NCBI RefSeq assembly: GCF_009914755.1
Contig: NC_060930.1
Length of the DNA: 64,000 bases
Strand: one strand, 5' to 3'
Source of the DNA: the human T2T-CHM13v2.0 reference genome, Homo sapiens
Shown one piece after another: positions 13,341-26,898 of the stretch. Numbering within the stretch: the stretch's first letter is position 1; every line of letters begins with the position of its first letter. Under the pieces are notes generated by a model, which was not told where the DNA came from, made no database searches, and saw only the letters and a list, made by a program, of their open reading frames with translations. The position numbers and the translations under genes are program-made.

Positions 13341-14473
13341 GTTTTCAGTGTCAGTTATCATTTTCCCACCAGGGAAACAGAGGCCCTTCTGTTGCAGATG
13401 GAAGAACACATTTTTCAAATTCATGAAGAGTGAGTTCCTCCACTATACCACCCTAGGCCTCTATCTGGCCCTTCACTCCTCCCCCAGTGTGTCTGGGGAA
13501 AGAGTCCTCCTATGTAGCTTAACTCCTTCCATCTTCCTTTTTCTCCACTCTCCTCCTTTATGCCCGAAATTTTGTAGAGGACACTGTGTATGATAAGTTT
13601 ATCTAAGGCTAGGGCTCTATATTAGGAAGTTGATTGTGTTGCACTCCTAAGCCATCATCTTCAGCACTTTTGGATTCATCTGCCATCTCCTTTATCTATT
13701 TCAGTTGATGAAGAATTTGAGCAGAGAAAAAAGGGTGGTGACCCTGTGGACCTTCTCAAACCCCAACACTTACTGATATTTTTCCCCTACTCCATTGGAT
13801 TCTCAACTCCAGGCTTTCTCTACTGTGGTCCGTCCTATACAATGCTGCTTGTCATCTTCCTAAAGTCCTCACGAAATTGTTTCCTTTACAACCAGAAAAG
13901 CTGCTCCCTGTTATTTACACAATTGCGTGTGGATTTCCCAGGGGTGTTCATGGCCCTCTACTGCAACGTCTAATTTCCCCACTGCTGCTTTTGTGTTACT
14001 CCATGCTCCAGATGAGCTAGATGTTTTCCTGAACAGCACATAAGTTTTCTGCCTCTGTGTTTTGTTTTATGCCATTTTTTCCACCTAAAGAATAGTCTCT
14101 CATCCTTCTTTATTTTTTGAAATTCTGGAACTTAAGTCCATCTCTTCTGCTATCATCTTTTCAGTAAAGGCCTTCTCTATCCCCATTCTGATATAATTAA
14201 TTCGTTCATTAGCATGTATTTTTCAATTCTCTTACGGCATGTAGACACATATAAGTGTATATATAGGCATCCTTATTTTAAAATTTATAATGGGACTGGT
14301 TTTCACCTTATACAATCAGATCATAACCTGTTTAAGGACAGGAGATACAGCCTCTTGTTTTTAAGCCCCATAGTGGCTGTGTAGCATTGAGTATTTAGCA
14401 GGGAGTCCTGTAGTTAATGAGTGCTCATTAAGTCACTAAGTATTTTATGATTTAAATTGAAATGAGTAGTCAG

Positions 14474-14996
14474 TGTATTATTCAGTATTCTCCAGCAAAA
14501 CAAAACTAGTAGAACACATACCTACCTATATGTGTGTGCGTATGTGTGTGTCTGTCTGTGTAATATGTGTGTATATATATATATATGTATAATTTATATG
14601 TGTGTACATATATATATTACATATAATTTCTTATAAAGAATTGACTTACGTAATTATAAAAGTTAAGAAGTTCCATGTTCCGCTATCTACGAGCTGGATA
14701 CCCAAGAAAGCTGGCAGTATAGTTCTGAGAACCAGATGAGGGCAGGAGAAGACTCGTGAACCAGCTCAAGCATTCAGGTGAAGACAGCAAATTTCCCCTT
14801 TCATCTTTTTTTTTGATTCAGGCTCTCAATGGATTGCAGGATGCCTACCCACATTGGGGAGCAATCTGCCTACTGATTCCCCTGATTCAAATGCAAATTT
14901 TATTGGGAAACACTCTTCAGAGAGACATGCAGAAATAATGTTTAATCCGAGCACCTCATGTCCCAGTCAAGTTGACACATAAAATTAACCAACACA
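14474..14996 (-). mobile_element. MLT2 (B/C/D-like) ERVL solo LTR with internal TG/TA repeat
   Basis: tgtattattcagtattctccag...cccagtcaagttgacacataaaattaaccaacaca gives antisense MLT2 termini. Confidence 0.85.
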
Positions 14997-15571
14997 TCCA
15001 GGATACACACGGAACACACTTTCCATCCGTTTGTTCTTCCGTAAAAAAAAAAAAAATAGTTTTTTTCTAAGAAAATACTTGTGGTTTTAGTAGCAGAATT
15101 AACTAAACTGCCCAGCAGTTACTGTTGTATGAGCAATTTTCTTCAGGTTTTCAGGTTGAAGAAGCTGGTTTAAGATTTTACAACTTCTAATAGAATTGAA
15201 GACATTGAAATGCTGGTTTGAGGACTTGCCTGATTTCTATCAGCAGCAATGATATTCATGCAAAATTTTCTTTGAAAATGAGCTCCTAAGCACTTTAAAA
15301 ATGCTTTGGGGTGCACGTTTTCCTGAATTCATCCTATAAAATATGTATCATGTGCCTATATGCACATGACTGAGCTAAACTTGATTTTAAAAATCCTAAA
15401 TGCAAAGGTAGGCAGCCTGCTCTACCCAAGAGGGTTTTTTCCTGGCACTTTGCCTTTATCAACCACAAATATGCTCATTCTTTCCTCTTTCTGCCTTATT
15501 GCAGTTCACTTTCTGCCTCTTTTTGTTTCTAAGTCTCCTTGATATCTTGCCCTCTTTTGTTCCTATGTATT

Positions 15572-15740
15572 TTATTTTATTCACCTTTTTTTTGAGATAG
15601 GCCCTTGCTCTGTTGCCCAGGCTGTAGTACAGAGGCATGATCATAGCTCACTGCAGCCTTGAAATCCTGGGCTCAAGAGATCCTCCTGCCATGGCCTCTG
15701 AAAGTGCTGAGATTATAGATGTGAGTCATGGTGCCGGGCC
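15572..15740 (-). mobile_element. Free Alu monomer (FRAM/FAM-like)
   Basis: Single ~165-bp Alu arm with T-rich tail and GGCC end, J-type diagnostics. Confidence 0.85.
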
Positions 15741-16351
15741 TTTATTTTATCCCTGACTTACCTGCCAGAGGGTTTGCTCAGGGGCCCCATGTGTTAAAAT
15801 GTTTCACCAAATTTACCTCAGTTGTGAAGCCTCTGAGAATACCAGAGAGATCACTGGAACCAAATAGCCTAGAAGTTGACCTTAATACATGCAAGACACT
15901 AAATCCACGACAGCAGGGGTCATACCTACCCTACTTACTATCCTAGCTGCAGCATCTTGTTCAATGCATTGAAATAATAGATATACATTTGCTGAACAAT
16001 GACTTGTCAAGAATGCTAATACATGAAAAAGCCCTTTGTATCCCATCTAGAATACTGAAGAGTTCTTGCCTGGCTGTACTCCTGGGGCTGGCAAAGACTT
16101 TTCTGTCTAAGCTTCCATGAGCTGTCTGCCCAGTAAATTTGGACTGGTCCCATCACCTGGGCATATTCATGGTTAAAGGTTAATACTCCTAGAGAACGCT
16201 TTCCCTTCCACCTCTTTCCTTGACTTACTTTTATTAATCCATCAAGTCCTAGTTTAGACAATCAATTTTGATGAAATTTAAATCTAGGATGGTGGCCTGA
16301 TCTCAGGTACTACTGTGTTTTTCCTCTCTCAGTGCTTATCACACTGACTTT

Positions 16352-17014
16352 GGTTTTTAATTGTGTAAGAATACTTAAAATAAGATCTGCCCATTTTACA
16401 AAAAATTTAAGTGCATTATATAGTATTGTTAACGTTAGGCCCAATGTTGTACATTGGATGTTTAGAACTTATTCATTTTGCATAACTGAAACTTTATACC
16501 CATTTAGCAACAACTCCTGTGCCCCGCTGGCAGTGGCAGCCACCATTGTACTCTCTGCTTTTATGAGTTTGACTACTCCAGATAGCCCATATTAGCAGAA
16601 TCATGCAATAGTTGTCCTTCTGTGATGGCTTATCTCACTTAGTATAATGCCCTCTATGTTCATTCATGTTGTTTCAGATGGTAGAGTTTCTTCTTTTTAA
16701 AAGCCAAGTAATAATCCATTGTATGTATATATCCCATTTTCTTTCCTCGTTCATTCGTTGATGAACATTTGGGTTGTTTCTATATCTTGGCTATTGTGAA
16801 TAATGCTTCAAGGAACATGGCATACACTATCTCTTTGTGTTCCTGATTCCAGTTTTTCTGGATATATAACCAAAGGTGGAATTGCCAGATCATATGGTAG
16901 ATCTATTTTCTTTAAGAACTTTCATGCTGTTCTTCACAGGAGCTGTATCATTTTATATTCCCATCAACAATGTAAAAGCATTCCAATTTCTACACATCCT
17001 CACCAATACTTATT

Positions 17015-17045
<31 letters not shown>

Positions 17046-17860
17046 ATGTTAGTGACACTATTTTATTTTTATTATTTTTTATTATACTTTAAGTTCTAGG
17101 ATACATGTGCAGAACGTGCAGGTTTGTTACATAGGTATACATGTGCCCTGATGGTTTGCTGCACCCATCAACCCATCATCTGCATTAGATATTACTCCTA
17201 ATGCTATCCCTCCCCTAGGCCCCCACCCCTCAACAGGTTCCAGTGTGTGATGTTCACCTCCCTGTGTCCTCATTGTTCAATTCCCACTTATGAGTGAGAA
17301 TATGTGGTGTTTGGTTTCTTGTTCCTGTGTTAGTTTGCTGAGAATGATGGTTTCCAGCTTCATCCATGTCCCTGCAAAGGACATGAACTCATCCTTTTTT
17401 ATGGCTCCATAATATTCCATGGTGTATATGTGCCACATTTTCTTTATCCAGTCTATCATTGATGGGCATTTGGGTTGGTTCCAAGTCTTTGCTATTGTGA
17501 ATAGTGGTGCAATAAACATACATGTGCATGTGTTTTATAGTAGAATGATTTATAATCCTTTGGGTATATACCCAGTAATGGGATTGCTGGGTTAAATGGT
17601 ATTTCTGTTTCTAGATCCTTGAGGAATTGCCACACTGTCTTCCACAGTGGTCGAACTAATTTACACTCCTACCAACAGTGTAAAAGAGATATTTTTAATA
17701 GTAGCCATCCTAAAACGTGTGAAGTTGTATCTCATCTCCGTTTTGATTTGCATTTCCCTGATGATTAATGAGCAGCTTTTCATAAATCTGTTGGCCATTT
17801 GTATGTCTTCTTTGGAAAAATGTCTTCAGTCCTTTGCCCATTTTTTAATTAGGTTATTTG

Positions 17861-17897
<37 letters not shown>

Positions 17898-17915
17898 AAT
17901 TGAGGTGTAGGAGTT
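16352..17915 (-). mobile_element. L1MA (L1MA9-like) 3' end, interrupted by (TA)n and a younger L1PA
   Basis: tagaacttattcattttgcataactgaaactttatacc 3'UTR text. The element resumes at about 17688 (tagccatcctaa...tttgatttgcatttccctg). Confidence 0.8.
17061..17687 (-). mobile_element. 5'-truncated L1PA (PA7/8-like) 3' end
   Basis: ttattatactttaagttctagg...gcaggtttgttacatagg. ORF 17277-17519 (MFIAPLFTIAKTWNQPKCPSMIDWIKKMWHIYTMEYY) is the L1 ORF2p C-terminus. Confidence 0.92.
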
Positions 17916-20900
17916 TCAATTGATTTTTCTATTTCTCCTTTGACTGTTAGCTCTATTTGGGAAGAAAGCTTCTCTTTCTTGCTCACCTCTATATTTTTAG
18001 CATCTAGATACTGCTTGGCAAAAGCCGGGGTAGAGACATTGAGTGAAAGCCATTAATTGAAATTTTTAAATGGGGACTTTGGCTTAACCTGGCTAGTCAT
18101 TCATGCTGTTATATAAACTTACTTGAAAAAACAAGTGGAATCCCAGGGCGTTTGACCAAGCTGGCTGTACTGTGAGTGAGGAGTCAGCAAGGATTAACGA
18201 GCAAGCTACAGACCGTGGAATTATGGAAAATCTGAAGGACAGTGTTCAGGGATGAAGCAAAAATAAAATGCCAAGGAGAAAATCCAACTGAAGGATCTGT
18301 CTGGAGTTGATGAGCAGAAGTGGGTGTTATGCAATGGGGACTGAAATGAAAGACACAGTGACATTGTAAATGAGTAGGAAAGGAGGGTAGGCTGAAGTAC
18401 CCAAATGCCTTGGAACCTGGTCGAGGAGTTGTTTTGTGGATCTTCTAATCTGGAGCATAGAGTGAAGGGAAGGAACTGTTTAAATGTGCCAGTTCAAACA
18501 GGATAGATGTTGTGGTTCTCAATTTCCCAAAAAATGCTCTTTAACATGGAGAAAAAAAATCAAGATTTTCTAAACTAATTCTGACTGTAAACCATTGTCA
18601 ATCTTGGATAAATCTTCATTAATTTAACATTAATTTAATTGAGAACTAGTTGGCATCTGACAGGTACTTTCTCACCTGGAATAGACCAAAACCTAGAGAT
18701 CTGTAGGAAAGTAGCCCTAAGCCTAACTGCCTTATTATTATTATTATTAAGTTTCATATGTGATTTGAATTAAAAACCAGTATTGAGAACTGCTGGCATG
18801 GATGATCTAATTTAATCTAATTTTAGCATATGGGCTTGAGATGGTCTCCTAAAATGCAGAGAAAAAAATCAAATAAATAAAGTAAAGCAAAAGCAGACTA
18901 TAGATATGAAAAAAATAGAAAAGAAATGTAAGCTACAAATTATAGTCATTTTCTCAAGAGAGGACAGGGCATTAGAACAGAAGCAATGATTTGAAGCATA
19001 GTTTTAGAAAGTTACAAAGGAAAGCCCCCTTGAAAGGGCACGCCATGTTTCAAGTGAAATGAATTTAAAGAGAGGCACCTGGGCACATTCTTGAAATATC
19101 TAGGAATTTCAAAACATAAAAAATTCTAGTAGAAAACAAAACAAAAAAAAAAAAAAGAAGGAAAAGACACAAAGGTATAAACCCGAGCTAGCTTCAGGTT
19201 TTTATGATAGAAGAAAATGTAAAAATGGCCAAGAATTTTGTGAAAAACAGTTTGTTGTTATCTGCACCCAGTCAAGATGTTGTCCTCATGTGGAAGAAAG
19301 GTTAAAAAAAATATTTAAAATCTTATGTAGAAAAAATTATCTTGACAACCTGCTGAAAAATTGTATAAACATATTCGCCATCTGACTAGATTTTAGGAGT
19401 CATTAGATTTTCATCTCACAGCATATACCAAAAGTATCTTAAGTAAATTAAACTATATGTGTGTGTCTCTATTTATAATTTACTTCATGTATATATATGC
19501 TAACAGAACAATGAAAATATACATAAATATTTCAAGGTAATGCATGAATCAAAAAGGAAAGTATTCATAACACTGACTCTTTAAACATCTGTTTACAACA
19601 GAAATCATCATAAACAAAATGTTTTAAAAACCAACAAAATAAGAATGTATATATTATACACTCAACATGTATATATTATATTTTCTCTGTGTATGTGTAT
19701 GTATATGCATACCTATATACACATATATAAACACAATACACACACATATATACATCCAAACTATAATGATGTAACAAATATGAAACATATGGAACCTTGA
19801 TGTGGGCAAATGACATGAAGAGGAATTACAAATCTAAAAGTAAGTATATTGATAAATATTTGTTGAGTAAATGTTTAAACCCCAAATTTAAATGTATACA
19901 TATATATATATTTACTCATAATGAACAATTTAATAATAAACAAAGGCAAATTAAATAAACGACCTAATGCAATTTGTCACCTATTAAATTATCAAAGATT
20001 CAAACAGCCATCCATATGGTATTTCTCATGTTGGTAACTGTGAGTAGATGAACATCTTCACAGTACCACACTTACTGCTGCTGAATGTAAATAACACTAT
20101 CAAACTGGCAATATGTATTAAGAACCTTTAAAATATTTATTTCTTTTGACTCAGTATTTCCCCTTCTTGACTCTGTTCTTAGAAACGTATCAGGATACTG
20201 ATCAAAATGCATGAAAAATGGTGTCTACTTCAGTGTCATTTGTAGTACAAAAAAATTTAGAAATGGATAAAATATCTAGCTATTGGTTAGGAGAAAATAT
20301 TTTTGTTACAGCCATAAAAACATTTAAAAACAATTTTTCATGATGTGAGGAATAGTTTATTATATAATTATAACTAAATCACTGAATGTGAAATTATTAG
20401 TATGATTGCAGTTTTGTAAAGGAAAATAGATTATGTTTTTAGGAGATTGGAAAGAATTAACCAAACATAGTGCTATTATTCTCTAAATGGTGAGATATTA
20501 GGTAATTTATATGTTATTCTTTATGCCCTTTACATATAAAATTCTAAGTGTATGTTCAAAAAATTATAAAATAGCAGGGAAGTATTATTCAGTAAACAAT
20601 GCGCTGATAAATAGCAATTTAAAAGCAATTCAGATTAGATCCTTATCTCGTACACAAGCATACATTTGCTTATTGCTTTAGTACAATATTTTCTATGTCT
20701 GTCTGAATGCCAGCACTGCAACATTTTGTAGCTTGATTATTTTGCATTTCAATTACTACAATCTCTACAATGTTTTAGGAGAAAAATAACAGAATGGCTA
20801 GTTTAATCTATTATACAAATCTAAGTACACATTTATAGAAAAATCAACTATTTCATTTATAGTTGGATCTTTAATTTTCTCATGAAAAAAGGAACTAGGC

Positions 20901-21560
20901 TAAGGCATAGGTTCTTCACTTTTTGCTGTAATGACATTAAAAGTCAATTTGAGAGAATGCGTGCTAGTCTTTTACTGTTGGCAATATACAGCAATTGCAT
21001 TACCTTAGAACACTGTTCTTTGCAGAATGCATGCTCATTGGAGAGTTAATGAATGTTAAATTAACATCTTAATGAAAATTGTATATTAATACTGCTCTTG
21101 TTCCTAAATAGTCATTTAATTCTGATAAATCAAGGAATTCAATTTTTGCTAAATAAAAATCACCGTCTTGGAAAGCATGATGCTGCAACTGAACATTTGC
21201 TGTATTTCTGAAATTCAGAGCTACTATTAAAGAGAAAATACATTCAGTTTGAGGACTGTATGGTTTGGAAATTTTGCTTACTGTCCTATAGAAGAAATCA
21301 AACGGTGTTTTCAGTGTTCTAAAATGAGTCATTAGATACTCCAATTTAGTTATAGATATGAAAATGGTATACTGTATTGCTCACATGATAGAACTTTAAC
21401 AATATTTCTATCATAAATTTAATAAAAGGTTTAGCCCAACAATAAAAACATGACAGTAAGATTCTTAATGCACAGTATAATAGTAAGAAGATAATTTTTA
21501 ATTAAAATTTTAATCAAAATGAATTTAAATATTTCAGTGCAATTGAAAATTAAGTATGAG

Positions 21561-22936
21561 TTTTTTGTTGTTTTTGTTTTTGTTTTTTTTTTAGATTCGG
21601 GGGTTACATGTGTAGGTTTGTTACATGTGTAGGTTTGTTACATGAACATATTGCATAATGGTGAGATTTGGACTTCCACAGTACCCATCATCCAAATAGT
21701 GAACATTGTAACAAAAGGCAATTTTTCAGCCCTCATCCCTCTGCTACCCTACCCTCTTTTGGAGTCTCCAGTGTATATTATTTCCATCTTTATGTCCATG
21801 TGTGCCCATTGCTTAGCTCCTACATGTAAGTGAAAACATGGAGTATATGATTTACTGTTTCTTCGTTATTTCACTTAAGATAACAGCCTCCAGCTCCATC
21901 CATGTTGCACAAAAGACATGATTTTATTCTTTTTTATGGCTGCATAATATTCCATGGTATATACATCCCTCATTTTCTTTATTCAGGTATCACTTGATGA
22001 ACACTTAGGTTGACTCCATGACTTTGCTCTTGTGAACAGTGCTCTGATAAACATACAATTGCAGGTATCCTTTTTATATGATTTATTTTCCTTTGGGTAA
22101 ATACCCAGGAGTGAGATTGCTGGGTCAAATGGTAGTTCTAGTTTTAGTTCTTCGAGCAATCGCTACACTGTTTTTCATAGAGGTTATACTAATTTACATT
22201 CCCACCAACAGTGTATAAGCATTCCATTTTGCATGCATCCTCACCAACATCTGTAGATTTTTTACCTTAATAATAGCCATTCTGACTAGTGTAAAATGGT
22301 ATGTTATTGTGGTTTTAATTTGCATTTCTGTGATGATTAGTAATGTTGAGCATTTTTGTATATTTGTTGGCCACTTGTACATCTTCTTTTGAGGAATGTC
22401 TGTTCATGTCCCTTGTTCACTCTTTAGTAGAGTTATTTGATTTTTCTTGATGAGTTGTTTGAGTTCCTTGTAGATTCTGAATATTATTTCTTTGTCAGAT
22501 GTATAATATGCAAATATTTTCTCCCATTCTGTAGGTTGTCTTCTTATTCTGTTGTTTATTTCTTTGGCTGTCCAGAAACTTTTTAGTTTAGTAGTCTCAT
22601 TTGTCTATTTTTGTTTTTTGTTGCATTTGCTTTTGAGAGCCTAGTCAAAAATTATTTGCCTAGGCCAATGTCTAGAAGACTTTTTCCTGGGTTTTCTTGT
22701 AGCATTTTCATAGCTTCAGGTCCTACATTTAAGTATTTAATCCATCTTGAGTTAGTTTTTGTATATTGTGAGAGATAAGGACCCAAATTCATTCTCCTTA
22801 TGGCTAGCCAATTTTCCCAGCACCATTTATTGAATAGGGCATCCTTTGCCCATTGTTTATTTTTGTCAACCATCATTGTATGTGGCTTTACTTATGGGTT
22901 GTCTATTGTGTTCCATTAACCTCTGTGTCTATTTTT
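21561..22936 (-). mobile_element. 5'-truncated L1PB (PB4-like)
   Basis: T-rich tail and L1PB 3'UTR. ORF fragments 22652-22876 ([19 protein letters not shown]) and 22194-22382 are degenerate ORF2p. Confidence 0.9.
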
Positions 22937-22966
22937 GTTAACTATTTAAAAAAAATACATATTAGA

Positions 22967-23269
<303 letters not shown>

Positions 23270-24462
23270 TTAACTTTTAAAACTACAATATATGTTAGTA
23301 AACATAAAATAATCCAGCATGAAATGAGCAAATAATATTTACAATAAAATTTAAATATTTGCATGCAATATTTGATTTTGAATTATAACTTAAATATAAT
23401 TTAACAGGGTGTTGATAAAGTTTTAGTTTTCTTAATACCTTCAATTCTCATTCTTCTATTCATTTTTTTCCTTCCCTCAATCTCCCAGGAACCCTTTTGT
23501 CTTAATTAGTTCCATCATATTTTGACCACTAGAATTAATCATCCAACAAGAATGAATTGTCTGTCGTTCTTCAGTCTTTTCTTTAATATCAGCATTTAAT
23601 TAATCACCAGGTTCTACAGGAAACTCCTCTTTCCCTGATCTCCCAGCTTCACTTATCTCCAACCACACTCCCGCTGTCCTAGTGAAGAACCCTATAAATT
23701 CTTATCCAATTATTTTCTCTTTGTAACTTGTTCAAACTTGGTAACTTTGTAACTAGCCTTACAGCAAGCCCTGCTCCCATCCATTCACCGCGTGCTAACG
23801 AAGGGCTCTGGCTAGAAAACAACTCTGCTAGTATCACCACCTTGTGTCCATCTTTTGATGGCTTCCCATTCAAGGTCCCTGTTGAATAGCCTTCCAAGTG
23901 GTAGAGATAAAGAGCAAATTCCATAACAGGATTTGTTTTTAATTTCCAACTTTTATGTTAAGCTTAGGGGTACATGTGCAGGATGTGCAGGTTTGTTACA
24001 TAGGTAAACACGTGCCACAGTAGTTTGCTGCACAGATCATCCCATCACCTAGGTATTAAGCCCAACATCCATTAGCTATTCTTCCTGATGCTCTCCCTCC
24101 CCCTACCCTCCAACAGGCCCCAATGTGTGTTATTCCCCCCATGTGTCCATGTGTTTTTATCACTCAGCTCCTACTTATAAGTGAGAACATATGGAATTTG
24201 GTTTTCTGTTCCTGCATTAGTTTTCTGGGGATAATGGCTTCCGGCTCCAGCCATGTCCCTGCAAAGGCCATGATCTCATTCCTTCTTGTGGCTGCATAAT
24301 ATTCCATGGTGTATATGTACGGCATTTTTTTATCCAGTCTGTCATTGATGGGCATTTAGGTTTATTCCATGTCTTTGCTATTGTGAATAGTGCTGGAATG
24401 AACATATGTGTCCATGTATCTTTATAATAGAAAGAGTTATATTCCTTTGAGTAATATACTCA

Positions 24463-25006
24463 TGTATTAGTCAGGGTTCTCTTAGAGGGTCAGAACCAAT
24501 AGAATATATATAGGGGAGTTTATTAAGTATTAACATACACGATCACAAGGTCGCAAAATAGGCTGTCTGCAAGCTGCAGAGCAAGGAGAACCAGTCTGAG
24601 TCCCAAAACTGAAGAACTTGGAGTCTGATGGATTGAGGGCAAGAAGTATCCAGCATGGGAGAAAGATGTAGGCTGGGAGGCTGGGCTGGGCTGGGCTGCG
24701 CTGGGCTGGGCTGGGCTGGGCTGGGCTGGGCTGGGCTGGGCTCGGCTCGGCTCGGCTCGGCTCGTCTCGTCTCGTCTCGTCTCGTCTCGTCTCGTCTCGT
24801 CTCGTCTCGTCTCGTCTCTTCATGTTTTTCTGCCTGCTTTATATTCACTGGTGGCTGATTAGATTGTGCCCACCAGATTAAGGGTGGATGTGCCTTCCCC
24901 AGCCCACTGACTCAAATGTTAATCTCTTTTGGCAACAGACACACTCAGGATTAATACCTTGTATCCCTCAATCCAATCAAGTTGACACTGAGTATTAACC
25001 ATCACA
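24463..25006 (-). mobile_element. MLT2A (HERV-L) solo LTR
   Basis: tgtattagtcagggttctcttagaggg...caagttgacactgagtattaaccatcaca, with 5-bp TSD ACTCA/AGTCA (4 of 5 match). Confidence 0.92.
24681..24815. repeat. Compound pentanucleotide repeat (CTGGG)3 CTGCG (CTGGG)8 (CTCGG)4 (CTCGT)11
   Basis: Counted directly: 27 in-phase pentamers. Confidence 0.97.
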
Positions 25007-25821
25007 AGTCAGTAATTGGATTGCTGGGTTGAATGATATTTCTGCCTCTAGGTCTTTCAGGAATTGGCACACTGTCTTCCTCAATGGTCATAACAAGACT
25101 TTTGAAGCCCTGTGAATTCTGATTCATTCTTGAAATTCACCCCTTTTTTGACCACTTCTGCTAACCACTTTGCTTTCCACCTCTACTAAACACATTCCTC
25201 AAGACTTGACATGTTTTCACTTATCTCAAGATTTTTGTTTTTACTTAGTAAGGTGTAAGTAATTGACACACATTTTTTAAAATGACTGAACATATAAAAA
25301 TGTTAAGCCCCCGACCTACAGTAACTTTCCATTGCCACTTCTCAGCACTTTACCTCACTGAGTCCTATTATGTCCACTTATGTTTATGCTTAAGAAGTTC
25401 ACTCCTTCATGACTTCTTTTCCAAAGGCTTTCTTAATTCCTGGTGCTGTTTCTTCTGGGTAGGAGCAATATTGCTCTATCTATACTGACTACATTTGTAT
25501 CATTATCCATTTACTTATTTGTCTTTCCTGCATTCCTTCATTACAAGTATTTATTAATACTTGTATCTTCAATGCCAGTCACATGCTTGATAGTATTAGG
25601 CACCCAGTAAGTGTCTGTTGAATAATGAGATAAATGAAAATTCTGGTGTAGAGATTTATAAAATACTCTATTAAAATCATCCTTGACCACCATGAGTCAG
25701 CTCACATACTACCTCCTACAATAGAACTTTTCTGATTCTTTACCATTGTCAACTGGATATGACCTTTCTGACCTTGCAGCCCCTGCAGTACTTCAGTTAT
25801 CCTCTCTTAAAACTCATAATG

Positions 25822-26071
25822 CTCTAAAATTTTTATAGAACCACAAATGACTTCAAATAGCCAAAGCAATTTTGAGCAAAGAGAACAGAGCTGGAGGCAT
25901 CACACTTCCTTGACTTCAAAATATACTACAAAGTTATTGTAGCCAAAGCATAAAAACAGACATAGACCAATGGAACACAAGACAGCCCAGAAATAAACCC
26001 ACACACTTACAGCCAACTGATTTTTGACAAAGGCACCAAGAACATTGAATAGAAAAAGAACAGCCTCTTCA
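25822..26071 (+). mobile_element. L1M ORF2 internal fragment
   Basis: aatagccaaagcaattttgagcaaag...gctggaggcatcacact...gaccaatggaac...tttttgacaaagg. Confidence 0.85.
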
Positions 26072-26578
26072 TCAGAGTTCTAATTTTTTTTCCCTAGACT
26101 TACAAAAGGTACTCAAGATCAGTAAGTACAGAAAAACCAACAACATATGTATTCCTTAAGGAAAGAGGCTTGTTTTTATCCGCCCTGACTGCTTCTTCTG
26201 AAGCAAACCAGGTGACATGAGTACATGTGATGTTAAGTAAATGATAGCATTATAATTTTATCAATTGACCTATAAAATAAGTATCCCCAATTTGCATTCT
26301 TACAGGGAGCATCAAGCCAGATTTCATGTTATACTTGAATGAAAATTCAATAATCAGTGTCTAACTTTGCATGTCTCTAATGTATATTTACACTTCCTTT
26401 TATAGTTAATAAGAGGATTCATGCTTCATATGTCATTTAAACCTCCTAAAAATTCTATGAATTAGCACAGCTTTAAAACACTGATAGAAAGAATGGAGTT
26501 CACATACACACTTCACAGAGAAGAGAATCTGGATTTTGGCTGGTTGTTTCAGAAGACAATTACCAAGATGTTTTATAG

Positions 26579-26898
26579 CAGGGGTCCCCAACCTCCAGTC
26601 TCAGGTTGGTACCAATCTGTGGGCTGTTAGGAACTGGGCTGCACAGCAGGAGGTGAGTGGCAGTGGTGAGCAAGCATTACCACCTGAGCTGGCCTCCAGC
26701 AGATCAGCAGGGTCATTAAATTATCATAGGAATGCAAACCCTGTTGTAAACTTCATATGCAAGGGATCTAGGGTGCATGCTCCTTATGAGAATCTGATGC
26801 CTGGTGATCTGAGGTGGAACAGTTTCATCTGAAAACCTCCATGGAAAAATTGTCTTCCATGAAACTGGTCCCTGGTGCCAAAAGTTTGAGGACCATTG
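26579..26898 (+). mobile_element. MER1B (hAT-Charlie non-autonomous DNA transposon)
   Basis: Terminal inverted repeats CAGGGGTCCCCAACC and AGTTTGAGGACCATTG, with 8-bp TSD TTTTATAG/TTTTAGAG. Confidence 0.9.

Larger units (their letters stand above)
23932..25089 (-). mobile_element. L1PA (PA11-13-like) 3' end split by an MLT2A LTR
   Basis: L1PA 3'UTR and ORF2p C-terminal remnants (ORFs 24164-24355, 24217-24405). L1 text resumes at 25007 (agtaattggattgctgggttgaatg). Confidence 0.88.

Noticed and set aside
17277-17519. ORF resembling a real protein C-terminus
   Set aside because: It is an L1 ORF2p remnant in a 5'-truncated L1PA and not a functional gene.
24530-24858. ORFs with RRDET, AQPSP and LGWAG repeats
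   Set aside because: These are translations of the stop-free pentamer array, with no independent coding evidence.
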